Assembly: GCA_977862235.1 (NCBI GenBank)
Contig: OZ374559.1
Span: forward strand, 1,054,001-1,118,000
Origin: Dudresnaya verticillata
Taxonomy: Eukaryota
DNA: 64,000 nt
Direction of reading: 5' to 3'
Positions 10,431 to 23,326 of this stretch are shown piece after piece. Under the pieces are notes generated by a model that saw only the letters and a program-made list of their open reading frames with translations, was not told the origin of the DNA and ran no database searches. The translations under genes were made by a program, and so were the position numbers. Numbering within the stretch: the first letter of the stretch is position 1; each line of letters begins with the position of its first letter.

Positions 10431-10664
10431 CATGACTGCCTGTAATAAACCCCTAAACCCCTTAAAGGGGTTTATTACATGCATTAACTGCATTGACTGC
10501 CTGTAGTAGATCCCATTAAATGAATGTACCCTAAAGGCAGTCATTGACGACTAGACGACTAGTCAGTGACTGCCTGTAATATACTCCTAAACCCTTTTAA
10601 AGGGGTTTATTAGAGACAGTAAACCCCTAAACCCCTTCAAAGGGGTTTATTACAGGCAGTCATG
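10431..10664. mobile_element. 234-bp foldback / MITE-like element
   Basis: Perfect 24-bp TIR CATGACTGCCTGTAATAAACCCCT (10431-10454 / 10641-10664). Three internal copies of an AAACCCCT..AAAGGGGTTTATTA hairpin module. No clear TSD. Confidence 0.7.
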
Positions 10665-13600
10665 TAGGTAGCAGTTTGGCTCTCATCTCCCGACAGCCAT
10701 AATAGATCACTTTCTAAGCAAGACTCGATCTCAACAGCTTTGACGTAGGCTTGTATGGCGGCATACAGCGGCTCCCAATCCCAACGAGGATAACGAGTCT
10801 GCTTACAAAGTGAAGAGCTGCAGCGAAAATCTCACACTGCGGATATACAAAGTGTTGTAAGGCCCAGAACACCGTGCATATCCACTTCCATCAAACTGCA
10901 AAGACCAATAAGGTCTAGTTTCCTGGCCATCTCTTTTCTGGTATACCGAAACGCCTGTTGACAGCGTCCTCCCCGTTGCCAGCTACCTTCAAACCTCGAC
11001 CTTGCTGTGCGATTTGCCTGTTCCAGCACGTCCGATACTTTCACTGCCAACGACAATAATGCTTCGCTCACTAAAAGAAGGTCAAACTGTTAGATTATGC
11101 CCATAAGTGCATAAGTACTGTGTAAAGTGCAAGCTTAACTAAGACTGCATAGCAGTTTCTTACCAACAGAGCAGAACGCATAGGCTGCAGGAAGAGATCA
11201 AATTCCGAAACGTTATTCATTCCGAAAGCACCCGCAACTACGAGAAGAACGTGCAGAGTCTTCTATTCTGTCCCCCTGGCTGAGCCGTGCGTGTCACCTC
11301 CTGTTCTCTCTCCCTGTTCAGCCGCCCCTCCTTGTTCCCAACTTCTCTCCCAAGCTTCTTCCGCTATCGCCGATATCCGCCGTCTCTCCGCTACAATGCC
11401 TCCGACCGCAACCCTCCTTTCCCGTCATTGTACTGTAGCTACACTGTAGTGTGCTCCTCGCTCATAGTCCTTTGTGGCTGATGCAAACGCACTTAATAAA
11501 AACCCGTTTCCAGTAAAGCTTTCCACTAATTCAGCTGTACGGGCAGTGGAACGTGGGCTGTAAAACTTATGCTGAATCGAGTTTTGTGTTGAACAAGTCA
11601 GCAAGCGTAGCAGTGTTACCATTCTGTTCTGAGAGCCTTTATCCGAGTTCAGCGATGTAACGCCGGCATTGTTGTGGATGAGAACGGTTTGGTTGGGGTT
11701 TCCCTGTATTAATCGGACTACTGTACACTACGTTATGTAAGAAGGTGAGGGTGAGTTATTGATGGAGCGAGAGAGATTGTTGCGTTTTCTGAGCTCCTGA
11801 AGCTGGAAGGTAGAAATCTACGGTGGGTTGGGTTGGGGAATGGCAACGGAATTCATTTAGCAGTGATAGACCACTGCGCGGAGCAGTACCCTGATCTTGA
11901 TCTTCAGCGGTCAGCGAGGAAGGACTGATGATCCTTCCAACCCGAATTTTCACCTTCGCACTCTAGCCCCAGACAGCTTTGCTTCGCACTATTCTTAAGC
12001 TGAAAGACGGAGAGATCTTTCTCAGGGAGGTGTGTGTGTGATAAAGGGAAGGTGTGCATTGAGAATGCTCTAGTCACAGTCGCCCTACTGTGGTAAAACA
12101 ATAATCGTATAGTACCGACAGGATCCAGCCGCAGTCCCCTGCCTGAATCTGATGGTATGGGGTATGGGGGCAATGAAACATTTTGATGGAGGCAATCGGT
12201 CGTTTACACAACGGTTCTCTTGTAGTCTACGCTCTTGCGAAAAGGAAGGTGTATTTGAGCAAGACCTAGTGGAAGGGTTCAGAACGTGGCGTGCAGATGT
12301 ATGACACAGAAGGCATTGTATCAGGCATTGCAGCAGGATCGTGGAATTACAGGTGTACCTGCTCTGCAAAGTACACCAACTCGAGTGGTGATACCAGTCG
12401 GGCGCCTTTTGTAATGGAGTGTGCTCCACAACGACTACAGCCGTACTGGTATAGAAGAGTGCCACGAGAGCTACAACCACACAAGTCGGGTGTGGCAGCT
12501 CATAGTGCCAATACAGTTACAGTTCACATATATTGTCCTTCACGTTTGTATCTGGTTGTGGAGAACAGCCTGTATGTAGCTTCGTCTGTTCACACATCCA
12601 CAACCAGATGCACACGACATACACGCACGAACCGATTCACGCACAGTAAAGAGTCCAATTTACAACAACTGCAAGGGCCTTTGCCTCGCCTGGACGTTCA
12701 CTCTCTTGCAGCTGGGCTCCCCGTTGACATAACGGTCGATGATCAAGTGCATTGGACGGACCCAAACACATTCGAAAACAGGCAGGTCTTAGATTGATTG
12801 TACGACGAAATGAGACGAAGATTGTGCTTCGTCATCGCGAATGCCGAACTAACGCCTATCCGTTGAGCTGCTCCAGGAAGAATTGCAGGTCACGCGCACG
12901 CCCAGATGACAGCGAAAGAGCACAGAATCTGGACTAGAGATCCAGTTGGGATCTATTAGGGAAGAACAAGGAACCGAACACGCACGGCGGGTATGTGGCC
13001 GTATATGTCCGATGAGTAGTCTGTAGACCGTCACACCGGGATGGTTCTTGTGCTTGTTCACAATCGGTTACAACGGGGTATGTCGGATGGTTGTAGCACG
13101 CGGATATAGTGAGTCAACGACGAGCGTGGTGGAATCGCGAACGTATTTGCACATTATAAAGGTGCCAGTAAGATAGGCGCCTGCGTCAGTGAGCGAGTGA
13201 ACAAAGCGCTGCCGCGTCGTCTTGCCGAGTCACAAGAGCTGTTTCCTTAATACCGTACGTCCGCGCGCTGACTCAGAACGATGTCGCTCATGCAGGCACG
13301 CTCCATCACACTACGGATCACCGCGCGCCAGCATACCGCTACCCCAGGCAGCCAGCGGCGCTTCCATATCAGCAACGGAATCTGTAACTGGACTATAAAC
13401 GCGATAAGTCAGCAGCGCGGGTGACTTGGAACGCGCGCACCTCCACCTTGCGGTAATCTACTTTATTGAGACGGACGTCCGCTTGTGCGGTAGACGAGTC
13501 ATATGTCCCAACGACAAGGCCAGCGGGCGTGGTTCGCCGCCCGGCCTGTCGGTGGAGCAGCGCGACGCAGCATTGAGAGGCCACGCTCCACGGTGTGTGC

Positions 13601-14125
13601 AAGCTACACGCGCACGTCCGCTCGACTACACGCTACCGCGAACTGGCAGGGTGGGTAAAGCGCACACGGCCGCATGTGTCGTTGACGCAAGCTGATAGCA
13701 GGGAATGGGCTTGACCTGTAGGTCGAGACAAGGTAATGTCAGAAGGGTTGAGGGCGGTTGAGCGCAATAAGTCGCTGCGAAGACTCAGCGGAGGGTGGAA
13801 GACACGGGAAGCAGCGACGGGGTCGTAACGCGCATATGCGGCAACGGATAAAGAAGCAATGGGGCTGCGAGTGAATTGTTAGCAATTACTTTTATTGTAT
13901 TTTAATTGCCGAAACGGCGTCTTCCCGCCACGTGGCCGCAAGCTGTAAGCATTAATCGTTTGAGGCCTTACGTGTCCATTACACGCACAGAGCACAACTG
14001 CACGCAATTCGGCCGCCCGCCAGAACGCCCGCTCCTCATCTCCACCAACTCGCCTCTCCCTCCGCAAGACGCTCAACCCACTGCTTCCCCCTCCATCCCT
14101 GACCCGCTTCCCATTCCGCTCCCAG

Positions 14126-14163
14126 AGAAAGAGAAAAGAGAGAAAGAGAGAGAGAGAGAGAGA
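14126..14163. repeat. Imperfect (GA)n microsatellite
   Basis: agagaaagagaaaagagagaaagagagagagagagagaga tract. Confidence 0.85.
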
Positions 14164-14662
14164 CGCACAACAACGCCGTCGCACCCAAACACACACCCCT
14201 ACATCAACATTACAACGCCTACGCCTAACCGACATGCAGCTATTGTTTAACTCTCAACTCAACACACAAACACATACGCTGCACACCTTCCGTCCAAACG
14301 TGGTCTTCCGAAACCTTGCAAGACGCCGTCAAAACCTCGAAACACACCGCGCCCCCCTTCCTGCACTTCCCCTACACACACCTCACGCAAAACAAAAAAA
14401 GTCTAGCTAGAGATTAACTCTCCCATGCGAAAGAAACACAGACATACTATTCGTACAACCCACCCCTACTAGAACGCACACACACACAACACACACAACT
14501 TGACAACAATAACAATAACATCAGCTCTCATCTTCACAGAAACAAACACACAGCATCCGTCGCACGCCCAGTCGCCCCGTCCGTTTTCCTCACAACACCT
14601 TCACCCGGTGCCATCTGCCACCCGCATCACAAAAAAGAACCAACGCAAACAGCTGTGACCGC

Positions 14663-15076
14663 CTACACCGAGTCCCTGTTGTCCCCATTGCTCTGTTCGC
14701 CGCGAATCTTCTTGAACAGCCCCGGCATATGGCCCAGCTGCTGATGCCGTCCCCCGTCACTCTTGTCCTGGTCCTGGTCTTGGTCTTGGTCCGCGCTTGT
14801 TCCTTGAATGTCCGAGTCCCCCACCTCCCCTTGTGGCCCGTCTTGCAGACGTGCACAAGTAGGTGACCCGCCGACAGGATCAACCGCCGCCGGCGCCCGG
14901 CCAATGTCCCGCTTCGTCACCACGTCCAGGTCGTTTCGACGAAACTTTTGAGCACGCGGTTCCTCTATTTCCATTATGTTCGCATCATCGGGACTGTCTT
15001 TCTTCGGGTCGAACGCATCTCTGCAACGCCAGCAACAACAAGAACAACAAAAGAAGAAACGCAGCAAGCAACCCAC
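14663..15076 (-). CDS. Possible small hydrophilic protein with Cys-rich N-terminus and DQ repeat
   Basis: 137-codon frame followed by a long GT-rich UTR-like tract. The first codon is GTG preceded by an in-frame TGA, and the first ATG gives MEIEEP. No recognisable domain. Confidence 0.3.
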   Translation of the reverse strand: MGCLLRFFFCCSCCCWRCRDAFDPKKDSPDDANIMEIEEPRAQKFRRNDLDVVTKRDIGRAPAAVDPVGGSPTCARLQDGPQGEVGDSDIQGTSADQDQDQDQDKSDGGRHQQLGHMPGLFKKIRGEQSNGDNRDSV

Positions 15077-16946
15077 TCACAAAATCATTAATACCGGCCT
15101 TGCGAGTGTGTGCAATTATTACAAACAACACGTCGGGGGCGCAGAGTCAACGTACTGTGGCGAGTCGAATTCCATTTCCCTACAAGAGGTCGAGCGCCTG
15201 CCGCCGTCGTCGCCGCCTTGAGCAAGGTCTCGCCCAAAACGCTCCTTTCTTTTCTTGCTACTAAACTTGAGGGTCTTCTTCCGCCGAGAACACTGTGATG
15301 CTGGAGGATAGAGGAAGAAGTATGCGTCAAGCTGAAAAATCCTGTTCCACAACAGGAATGCACAAGCACTGGCGTGGGAGCGGTGTATTTACTTGTTTAT
15401 ATCGTTTTGCGATGACGGCTGCACTCAGCCCAACATCACACTTCCCGCCTGTCCCGGGTCGACAACAGCCTCTCTTTTGTTTAAAACCGTGGGAAGCTGC
15501 GCCGCCGCCGCCAGACGTTGCTGTGGGAGAGTTTGTCTCGCTCGAACCTCTCTCGTTGAACCCGCTCGCCGATAACAATTGGCCCACTACGGTATCAAGC
15601 TGACACAAGCGAGTGGTAACCCTACTGACGAGTACCAACCATACTGCAGATTGCGGCTCACGAGACTGCGCGTGGTTTGAGAAAGGCAAACAACAAAAAG
15701 TCTACCCTCCGTGCGCAAGCGCCTCGGTGCACGCGTTTGGGCATACACACCTCCTACTTTTAATGGATAATGGAGAGAATGGCGAGCTGTACGCATTCCC
15801 CGTTCTGTAACAGATAGTCACCTACTCGTTCGGATGGCACTCTTTCCTACACATCGTTTATGATGACAATGCCGATGGGTGAATGCTAGCAAAGTACGTA
15901 CGAAGGCTTTCCGGAGCGCTTGATTCAGGACGACAATGGCAGCGCGTGTGGGTGACTCCGCACACGTTCGAAACATACTGATAGAGGTATATTGGTATGT
16001 GGCCGGCATGACCATCTTGGATCTGTTACTACGTCATAGTCCCGCTAAAACATAGCCACAAAGTAACAGTATTGATGTTTGGGTATGGCCTCGGCTGCCG
16101 CAGCAAAGCGGATCTCGTTGAATCATTTGGAGTCTACAGTGTACAGGACTTGACCCTCTCGTTATAATGCGTTTAAGGTGGTGTTGGAGGTACGGGATTC
16201 GTATGGGAGATACGGAAAGCGCTGGAGGCCCCATCGATCATTTCACATCAACAGAGGCTTCACGAGAAAAGTTAGTTCTTCAACTTCCACGGACACGATT
16301 GAGTTCTCCGTGTGGCAGTATCATTGTGGGTCTGGTCTGTTTTACGGTCGTTGCAGCCCATGCGAAGACGTCACAAAGACTTCGAATAAGTAAACACCAG
16401 GAAGCCATAGCAGCGCTGCTCTGCGACATTGTCAGGGGACAATGCATCTCAGGGTCTGGCTCAGAACTCAAACCAAAAAGCATAACCGCCAGAACTTCCA
16501 AGTGCCCTTCAGGTAGAGGCTGCAAGCCAGTAGAGCACTTGGTGCTGTTTGGACGTAACGCTTCGTAACGCTCTCGCCCTTGAAATGCATTATAATTACG
16601 CCAAGGACCCTTCCGCTTAGTAGAGAGTACGATTATGCGTATGAGCGGCACATGAAGCACTTCGACACTTGCGAGCAATTCGCCTGGCGGGAAAATTCCT
16701 TACTGTGAATCGTCACGTAAAAACAGCATTAGAGAAATTACGCTGTAACAAAATGTGGTAAATTTGCCCTTACTTCCCGGGAGCAATCGCCTCTAAAGAT
16801 TTACTCCAAGTCGAATGTTACAGAAATTACGCAAAGAAAAATGGGGAATAAATTTGAGTACGACGACAGCTCGGGGCTCGTACTCGTACTCAAACGCCAA
16901 CCCGAGGTTCGTTTTCTCACCCTCGTCGCATCCTTAGCCTTGCAGC

Positions 16947-18080
16947 ATGAGGCAAACAGACTACAGCATCGGGAAAGTCAAGAGACGCTTCTCCAAATCA
17001 AAACAACGGTTTCGGCTTTCCGTCATGGGAAGCAGTATCCATCTGCAGCTTCGCTTGCGAAAACGACTGCAATACGCACGTTCTGACGCGACACTTCGAA
17101 TTCGTCGGTCCGCAATAATCTCTTATCACACCTTCAACGTCAACATCTTTAGCGACGAGGAGTGTTTGCGCAACTTCCGTTTTCGGCGCCATGAACTGGC
17201 CAGACTAACTGAATTTTGCAACTGGACGTCGGGAAATACACAGCGTAATCGCTACAAGTGTAGCCCTTTACAAGTAATCTGCATTATGCTTCGAAGGCTT
17301 TCCAGCCCTTGCCGGTGGTCTGATTTAGATTATGCAATGGGTATGCACGCTTCCACGCTGTCCGAGGTCTTTTGGGAAGTGTTAGAGTCTTTGTACGAAG
17401 CACGAGCAGGTTTAATTACTAAATTTCGTTCCGATCTAATGCAAGAAAGAGCGACGATGTATGATGCTTCTATTTGCGAAGCAGGAGCGCCCTTAAAGAA
17501 TTTCGTTGACTTTATCGACTACACAAAAATTGCGATGGCGAGACCTGGGGGCCATTCTTCTCTTCAGCGGAGCGCATACTCAGGACACAAGCGGATTCAC
17601 TGTCTGGTATACCAAACAATTACAACAGGAGACGGGCTGCTATTCAATATCCATGGCACTGAAGCCGGTATAAGGCATGACTCTACGCTCTAGCGAAATT
17701 CAAACATGGATACCGTGCTGGAAAGTGCCCTTTTAGTGGATGGGAAACGGTATTGTATTTGTAGAGATCCCGCATACATGCTCCGTCCATGGCTGCAAGT
17801 GGCATTCAACCGCACAATTGCTACTGCGGAGCAAGCAGTATACAATAAGTCGATGAACAGCGTGCGAGAGGCCGTGGAATGGAGCTACAGAGAAGTTAAA
17901 GAATCATGGACATCGCAAGACTTTAAGCGGAAACCGAAATTTCGGCAGGCCCCGATTCGGAAACTCTACAAATTCTCTGCTCTTCTGCGAAACATTAAGA
18001 CTTGTCTTGAGCACGGTGGCCAAGTAAACAGTCGGTTCTCTGTGCCTCTAACTTCATTTACTCGCTATTTGAGTATGTAA
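16947..18080 (+). pseudogene. HARBI1-like DDE transposase of PHIS-1
   Basis: Motifs FRFRR, LRRLSSPCRWSDL, FID.T, YSGHKRIH, HD, DPAY, REAVEW. In-frame TAG at 17691-17693. Confidence 0.9.
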
Positions 18081-18222
18081 CTTAAACATCATCACAGCGA
18101 CTATGTCGGCGGCGCTGCCTCGACCATAGTAGCACTCAATACAGCAACCGGGACGCCCGAAAACGAGGACTGGGTCCGCGAGAGGGCGGCGGACGGATCG
18201 GGAGTGCGCGAGATGCCGCCGC

Positions 18223-18272
18223 CGGCACAGATCGCACTCGAGAGGGCGCCCTCTCGAGTGCGATCTGTGCCG
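18223..18272. repeat. Perfect 50-bp spacerless palindrome
   Basis: CGGCACAGATCGCACTCGAGAGGGC|GCCCTCTCGAGTGCGATCTGTGCCG. Confidence 0.95.
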
Positions 18273-18338
18273 TGTGACTGTGTGTGACTGGCGCCAGTGG
18301 GTGTAGCAAGTCAGGCGGGCGGAAGGGATGACTGGGTC

Positions 18339-18607
18339 CCGCCGCCACCGACCCTTGCGCAGCAGATTAAGTACAACCAAAGGTACGCTGCGCTTCATTC
18401 CCTCCCGCACCTATCTTTGCATCGGGCCGCGCCGAGCGTGTGAACACCACCCGCATGTAGCAGATCCGCACCCAGATACAGAGCGTGTCCATGCAGCTCA
18501 CTACCATTCGCACCAACGAGACCATGGCCGCTGCCATGGGCAACGTCGCCAAGATCATGGGCCGCCTCAATCAGAGCATGAACCAGCCCGCCATGCAGAA
18601 CGTCATG
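18339..18607 (+). pseudogene. VPS2: Captured ESCRT-III Vps2/CHMP2-like (Snf7 family) gene fragments
   Basis: 18461-18607 reads QIRTQIQSVSMQLTTIRTNETMAAAMGNVAKIMGRLNQSMNQPAMQNVM, matching the Vps2 core pattern. 18339-18382 reads PPPPTLAQQIKYNQ, followed by a GTACGC donor-like site. Confidence 0.78.
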
Positions 18608-18639
18608 ATACTACACGCCGCGCCGACCGCCTCGCCAGA

Positions 18640-19158
18640 TGTAATACAGTGAAGGGCTTACAGAAGTGGGCCCTCTGCCCCCGTGTATACGCGGAAATAG
18701 CGTTACCTGTAGGTCGCCAGCAGGGACAAGACGGGTAGCCTATGATTGGTCCAAGTGTCACTCTGCAGGTCAGTAGCTTAGGATCTGTGTATTTATTTTA
18801 GAAATTATAGCTTAGGATAGGCGGCGTGTATATAGCCCAGTATGAGGGGTGCTGCCTGACAGTCGGAGTACCATATAAGGGTATCTCCCGTAGCGGTCAC
18901 TGAACAGTAAAGGTAAGCACCTTCCGGCCGCAACTACGTCTCCAAGCTATCGGCACCGCAGCACACCTGTCACCCGTGCCCGATTAACCGCCCGCCCAGT
19001 GAACTACCTTCAGTATCGTGCTTCCAATAAAGTTACGTGCCCTCGTCTACCCTCTGGGTTCCTCCCGCTCTACCACCGCTACCAGGTACCCGCTCTGTGG
19101 CTTTCTCATTGAGTGCACTCTTTGAGTTCACAAGAGACCTAAAAGGCACTTCCTTACA
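18640..19158 (+). mobile_element. Solo LTR, family A (same as gypsy-1 LTRs)
   Basis: TGTAA..TTACA, 519 bp, TSD CCAGA on both sides. Aligns to 27183-27701. Confidence 0.95.
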
Positions 19159-19490
19159 CCAGACCCCGCGCCGCGCGCCGCCGTCCCTTACTGCTATCTG
19201 GACCGTGATCGACCGCTACCTGCGCCCCCACCCCGCACCCACCCGACACGCGCGCCGCGCCGCTGCCGGCGCACCTCGTTGCTCCGTCGGCGCATCCTTT
19301 CCCGACACGCCCGCCGACGGCACGTGCGGGAGGAAGGTACCATCCTTCCGCAGCCCGCCGTGCCCGGCCTTCCAAGTCTCCCGGTGCACCGTCGTCATCG
19401 CATGCTTGCACGCGCGTCGTGCTATGCGTACTGCATTTACGAACTCTTTACCTTCCTGCAAAATAAACTTCAGTGACCGCACCTACCTTT

Positions 19491-20616
19491 CTACGTCAAC
19501 TTTTTAACAAGCGCCCCAAACACTGCTACTATTCCTTTACGCTCTTCCAGAGCCGCCTCCCTCTCCTTCCGACCCATCACGCGTTCCTCTTGTTCCGCCT
19601 CAAAACGTTTTTCAGATAACGAAATGCTTCGCTCTTCTACTGCAATGCGCCGGTCGTGTAGTTCGGTCTCTTGTTCTACTCGCATCACCTCACGCTCTTC
19701 TCTGCGGCTTTCCAATTCTAAGCGTCTCTCCTCCATAGCCAGGCGTGCTTCTTCGACCTTGCAGCGATTTTCCGCCTCCTCTTGAATCAATAAAAGTTCA
19801 GCATCGTCCGATATCTTCGCTTTTTTTCTGTCTGGTGTCTTAAAGTCATCGCCGCCGTCCGAAAGAGTGCTTTTTGCAGAAACCGTCCCTGCACGGCGGG
19901 TTAAAGCCCGCTCCCGAAGTTCAGCACCTGCTTCAGCCAATTTCCGTTCCTTTCCTTTCTTATCCTTTCGAGCCAAAACGATCTCCTGTGCATGATCGTC
20001 GATTTCCAAAATCATATCATCGAGGAGTTGTTCTTTCTCCTCAAAAACTTCAACAATTCCGGAGGCAGCCTCGTTCGCCCTCACGAAAGCACGACGGTCA
20101 GAAACGAGTTTCTTGAACCTATCTGACAGCGATTTCCAACTCGGTCACCCATTATGAATAGTTCCGGCGTGTCGCATCTTGAAATCATGCGAAGAAACAA
20201 AAAGCATGAGAGCTTCTTCAAATAGCATCTGGTTTTCCCCAAGCCGCTACATGCGCCCCACTTGATTGTACAGACTTCAAAAGAACTATGTCAAGCCCCG
20301 GTGAGAACCTAAATCTTGCTCGTAGCACCCTATCTGCTTCCAGTACTGACAGGTTCGTGGAAATAACCTGATCGGCTATTGTGTTAGCGTCAGGAACAGG
20401 CACGGACGTGTCGATAGCACCACATTCTGGTAGTATGTCTGACGCGTTTTGTAGTAGATCAATTGGTAACGGCGCTGCCTGTGCGATAGAAACCGAAATT
20501 GGTTCTGCAATAGAGGTCTGCGCTGGCATGAAGATGCGAGCCGGGGTAGGGGCGGGTCCGTTCTGCGGTGCGATTTGTGAAGGAGTGAGCGTCATGTTGG
20601 CATCGGTAGGGCTCAT
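19491..20616 (-). pseudogene. ORF2 of PHIS-1 (Myb/SANT-trihelix-like plus coiled coil)
   Basis: RFRFSPGLDIVLLKSV..WKSLSDRFKKLV..ASG, then an E/R-rich coiled coil. Frameshift near 20230 and a stop near 20147. Confidence 0.8.
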
Positions 20617-21216
20617 CGTGGGAACAAGAGGAGAAATGCGCAAGCGACAGTTCTGTTAGAGATGCATGCGGAACTCTCGGTGCAAACCACGCGGCGCCGA
20701 AGTAGCAGTGCCGACGCCAGGGGATTTTTTCCCGCGAGAGACAACCCCTCCAAAAGCACCCGCTGCAAGACCCCTCTGTACGCTTGAAATTTTTGCATTC
20801 GTTATGAGGCCGAAATAACGAAAACTGAATTCGAGATAGGAGGCATTCTGCTCTTATTTGAGACATCTGTCCTTGCTTTGAAATAGTAAAGGCAAATTTA
20901 CCGGATTTTGCTACTGCGTAATTTCTCTATTGTATGAAGACATTGGACAGAAGGTTTTCGCCTTGGACAAGAGGCGCCCCTCGGGCTGCGCTAGTCACTG
21001 CACCCGCTGCTAGAGAGCGTCGCACTTACAGTTGTGGCTGTAAGCATTCTTATAGGCTCGTGGGCCTTTTGGGAGGCGGGCCGTCCTGCCCCTTGTCCAC
21101 CCGTTCCGCCCCGGCGCCCCGCAGTGGTCCATTTCCCGTCTGGGCCGCCCCGACCCGGGGGCCGCGTCGTCGCCCTTGGACAGGTGCCTCGCTGGCCGGC
21201 CCCCCGCGGAGGATGC

Positions 21217-21705
21217 TGTGATACCCGGCGCCTTGATCACCGCAGGCACTGGGGATACTAATGGTGTCGTTGCTTGGAGAGAGCTCGCCGCAGGCACTGA
21301 AGATACTAGTGGTGTCATTGCTGGGTGCAGTAGAATGGCCACGGGGCCAGGTAGAACGGAAACAACCAGGACACCTGTCCTATGGCCAACACTAGCTTTG
21401 GTAGCTCGGGGGAAAAGGTAGTTGGTAGATACTTGGGGAAAGAGGCACAAAGCCTAGGGAAAAAGGAAAAAGGAAGGGCGACATACCCAGCTCGCGCAGA
21501 GCTTCCGTCGTGCAGAGACAAGGCTCTTAGAGCGCCTGAAAGGGGGAAAATGCACGGTGAGTCCATGAATTCCAGAAAAAGGGCAAAAGACCCAAACCCA
21601 CCGTAGGGTTCTATTAAGGAGGCCCCTTCTACTCAGGGACCTATTAAGTATAGCAGAGCCGGAACATCTCTTACCTCCTTTTAGCTATTCTAAACTATTT
21701 TAGCT
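21217..21705 (-). mobile_element. LTR fragment, family F (related to gypsy-2 LTR); left boundary uncertain
   Basis: Shares the CCC.(G/T)CTACTCAG..TAA.TA..GCCGGAA motif with 42069, 43552 and 43970, and, reversed, with 55933-55960. Confidence 0.5.
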
Positions 21706-22624
21706 GTAGTTGTGGTGCAACGCCCGGGCTCCCCGCAGAGCGGGTTGATAGCCCCTTTTCGCGCGCGCAATCACGCGCGTCCGCGACGTGCACCGCCAAG
21801 TTGGGCTCACCCATACCACCGTAGCGGGCCCGGCCCCGCACCTGGGGCTTTCCCCCGCCGTCGCCTTTACAGGGTCGCACTCGCCGCCTTACAGCTACCG
21901 TCACGAAAGCTCGCGTAAGACACGCGCAACACGCGTGACACGTGCACATGCGCACACCCACGCGTCATTAGAAGTCTTACAGCGTGCTGGTGTCGGTGTA
22001 CAGTAGGTACACTGTGCTACTGTAGTATTAGTTTATTGTACTCTAGTGTTAGTTTATTTGCTAGTGTACAGGGCGGCTCGGGAAATCTAGAAAACAGTCC
22101 GAAACCGGCTTCAAGCCCAATCAAGGACCACTGTACAGAGACTAAAAGAGCCTCCGGAATTGAAATGAATTGCGAAACGAGACTGAGTGTCCTTGTAGGT
22201 ATGCATACCAAAGGCACAGATATTCAACTTCCACCACAAAAAGGAATCCTTTGAAACAGTCACATCTTTTGTGACGTTATTGCTTTTGTGAGTGTTTCGG
22301 ATATAAACAGAGTCTCACACTGAAACTAAAAGAAGTATCGCTGAAGAGCAGAAAGCAGGCGTATGTTTGTTACAGCATGCGAAACGTTTTGTGTGCAATA
22401 ACATTACGAATCCCCACAAATCACAACACCATGTCTAGATTCTCAGTAACATTGTTAGTGAGTAGACAAGTACCCTTAAGAGTAACCATGTTTCCTGGAG
22501 TGTGTTTTGGTGCCTGTAGCTGCCATCTGGCTCTCGGAATGAAACAATTTACTAAGTTTCTATGCTTTCAATGATAGCGTTCGACATTATGACCGGAAAG
22601 CAACCGCAAAATGCTCCTTTAGCC

Positions 22625-23326
22625 TCAAAACTTAAAGAGCGGGTCGCCATTTTCAATTAACAGCTGTGTTAAGTTCGTAACAGCATGAAAGCATACAGAA
22701 TGTAACGAAATACTGTGACGGAACCTATGACCAAGACAAAAGAATTGCTTAAAACGCCTGTTAACCGTTTCATGCCTGGCACGCACTATTGCAAACTTCT
22801 TTTGGTCTTCCGCGTTAAGCACAGCAGGGATTATACAGCGTTCATCTTGATATCCACCATCCGCTACTACCTGCTCCTCAGCACTGAGTGCGCCCTTCAT
22901 TCCTAGCGAAAATATTTTGACGTCAGGGTGACTGCCACACGGAAACGGGCCGTGTATCCAGACAAGAGAACCTCCATCGACCGTTAAACCTACCTCATAC
23001 CTCAAACCGGGCCCATGGAACTTGTGGGAATACCATTTTCCCGAGAACGGTTTTGGCTCGTAGATGCGGAAATCAGTGCCATCTACCGACGTAAGGCATC
23101 CCTTCAGTGACGCACCGGATAATCTATTATCCCACTTGATCTTCCGCGATATCCGGCACGACTCCCAAATGCGTTAGATGATCGCAGAAATCGATAAAAG
23201 TGCCGTAAAGCTGAACGAGAATACATACAACATGTAGATCCGCTATCATGCGAATAGACTCCCATGACCACTTTCGAAAGGTCTTCTCGTCTGCTTTCGA
23301 GATAGCCCGGTGCACATGCTCGCTAG
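22625..23326 (-). pseudogene. DDE transposase of PHIS-2, 5'-truncated, with intron 23141-23228
   Basis: Spliced frame KTFRKWSW..DLHV|IKWDNR..SVDGTDFRI..WYSHKF..LRYEVG..HPD..VADGGY..RARHETVNRRFKQF. The intron is GTATGT..CTAAC..AG and splices in frame. Confidence 0.88.

Larger units (their letters stand above)
16731..20928 (+). mobile_element. PHIS DNA transposon 1 (AG..CT termini, ATT TSD; Pangu-like)
   Basis: ~44-bp imperfect TIRs (AGAGAAATTACGCTGTAACAAAATGTGGTAAATTTGCCCTTACT vs the reverse complement of 20885-20928). ATT on both flanks. Transposase and ORF2 are convergent. Confidence 0.92.

Noticed and set aside
10670..13900. Short ORFs that might be decayed genes
   Set aside because: No recognisable motif or consistent frame.
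15040..15076. MGC..CC.CCC myristoylation/palmitoylation-like start
   Set aside because: The codon is GTG preceded by an in-frame stop, so an N-terminal Met-Gly is unsupported.
16280..16678. PDPEMHCPLT resembling a U-box start
   Set aside because: The rest of the domain is absent.
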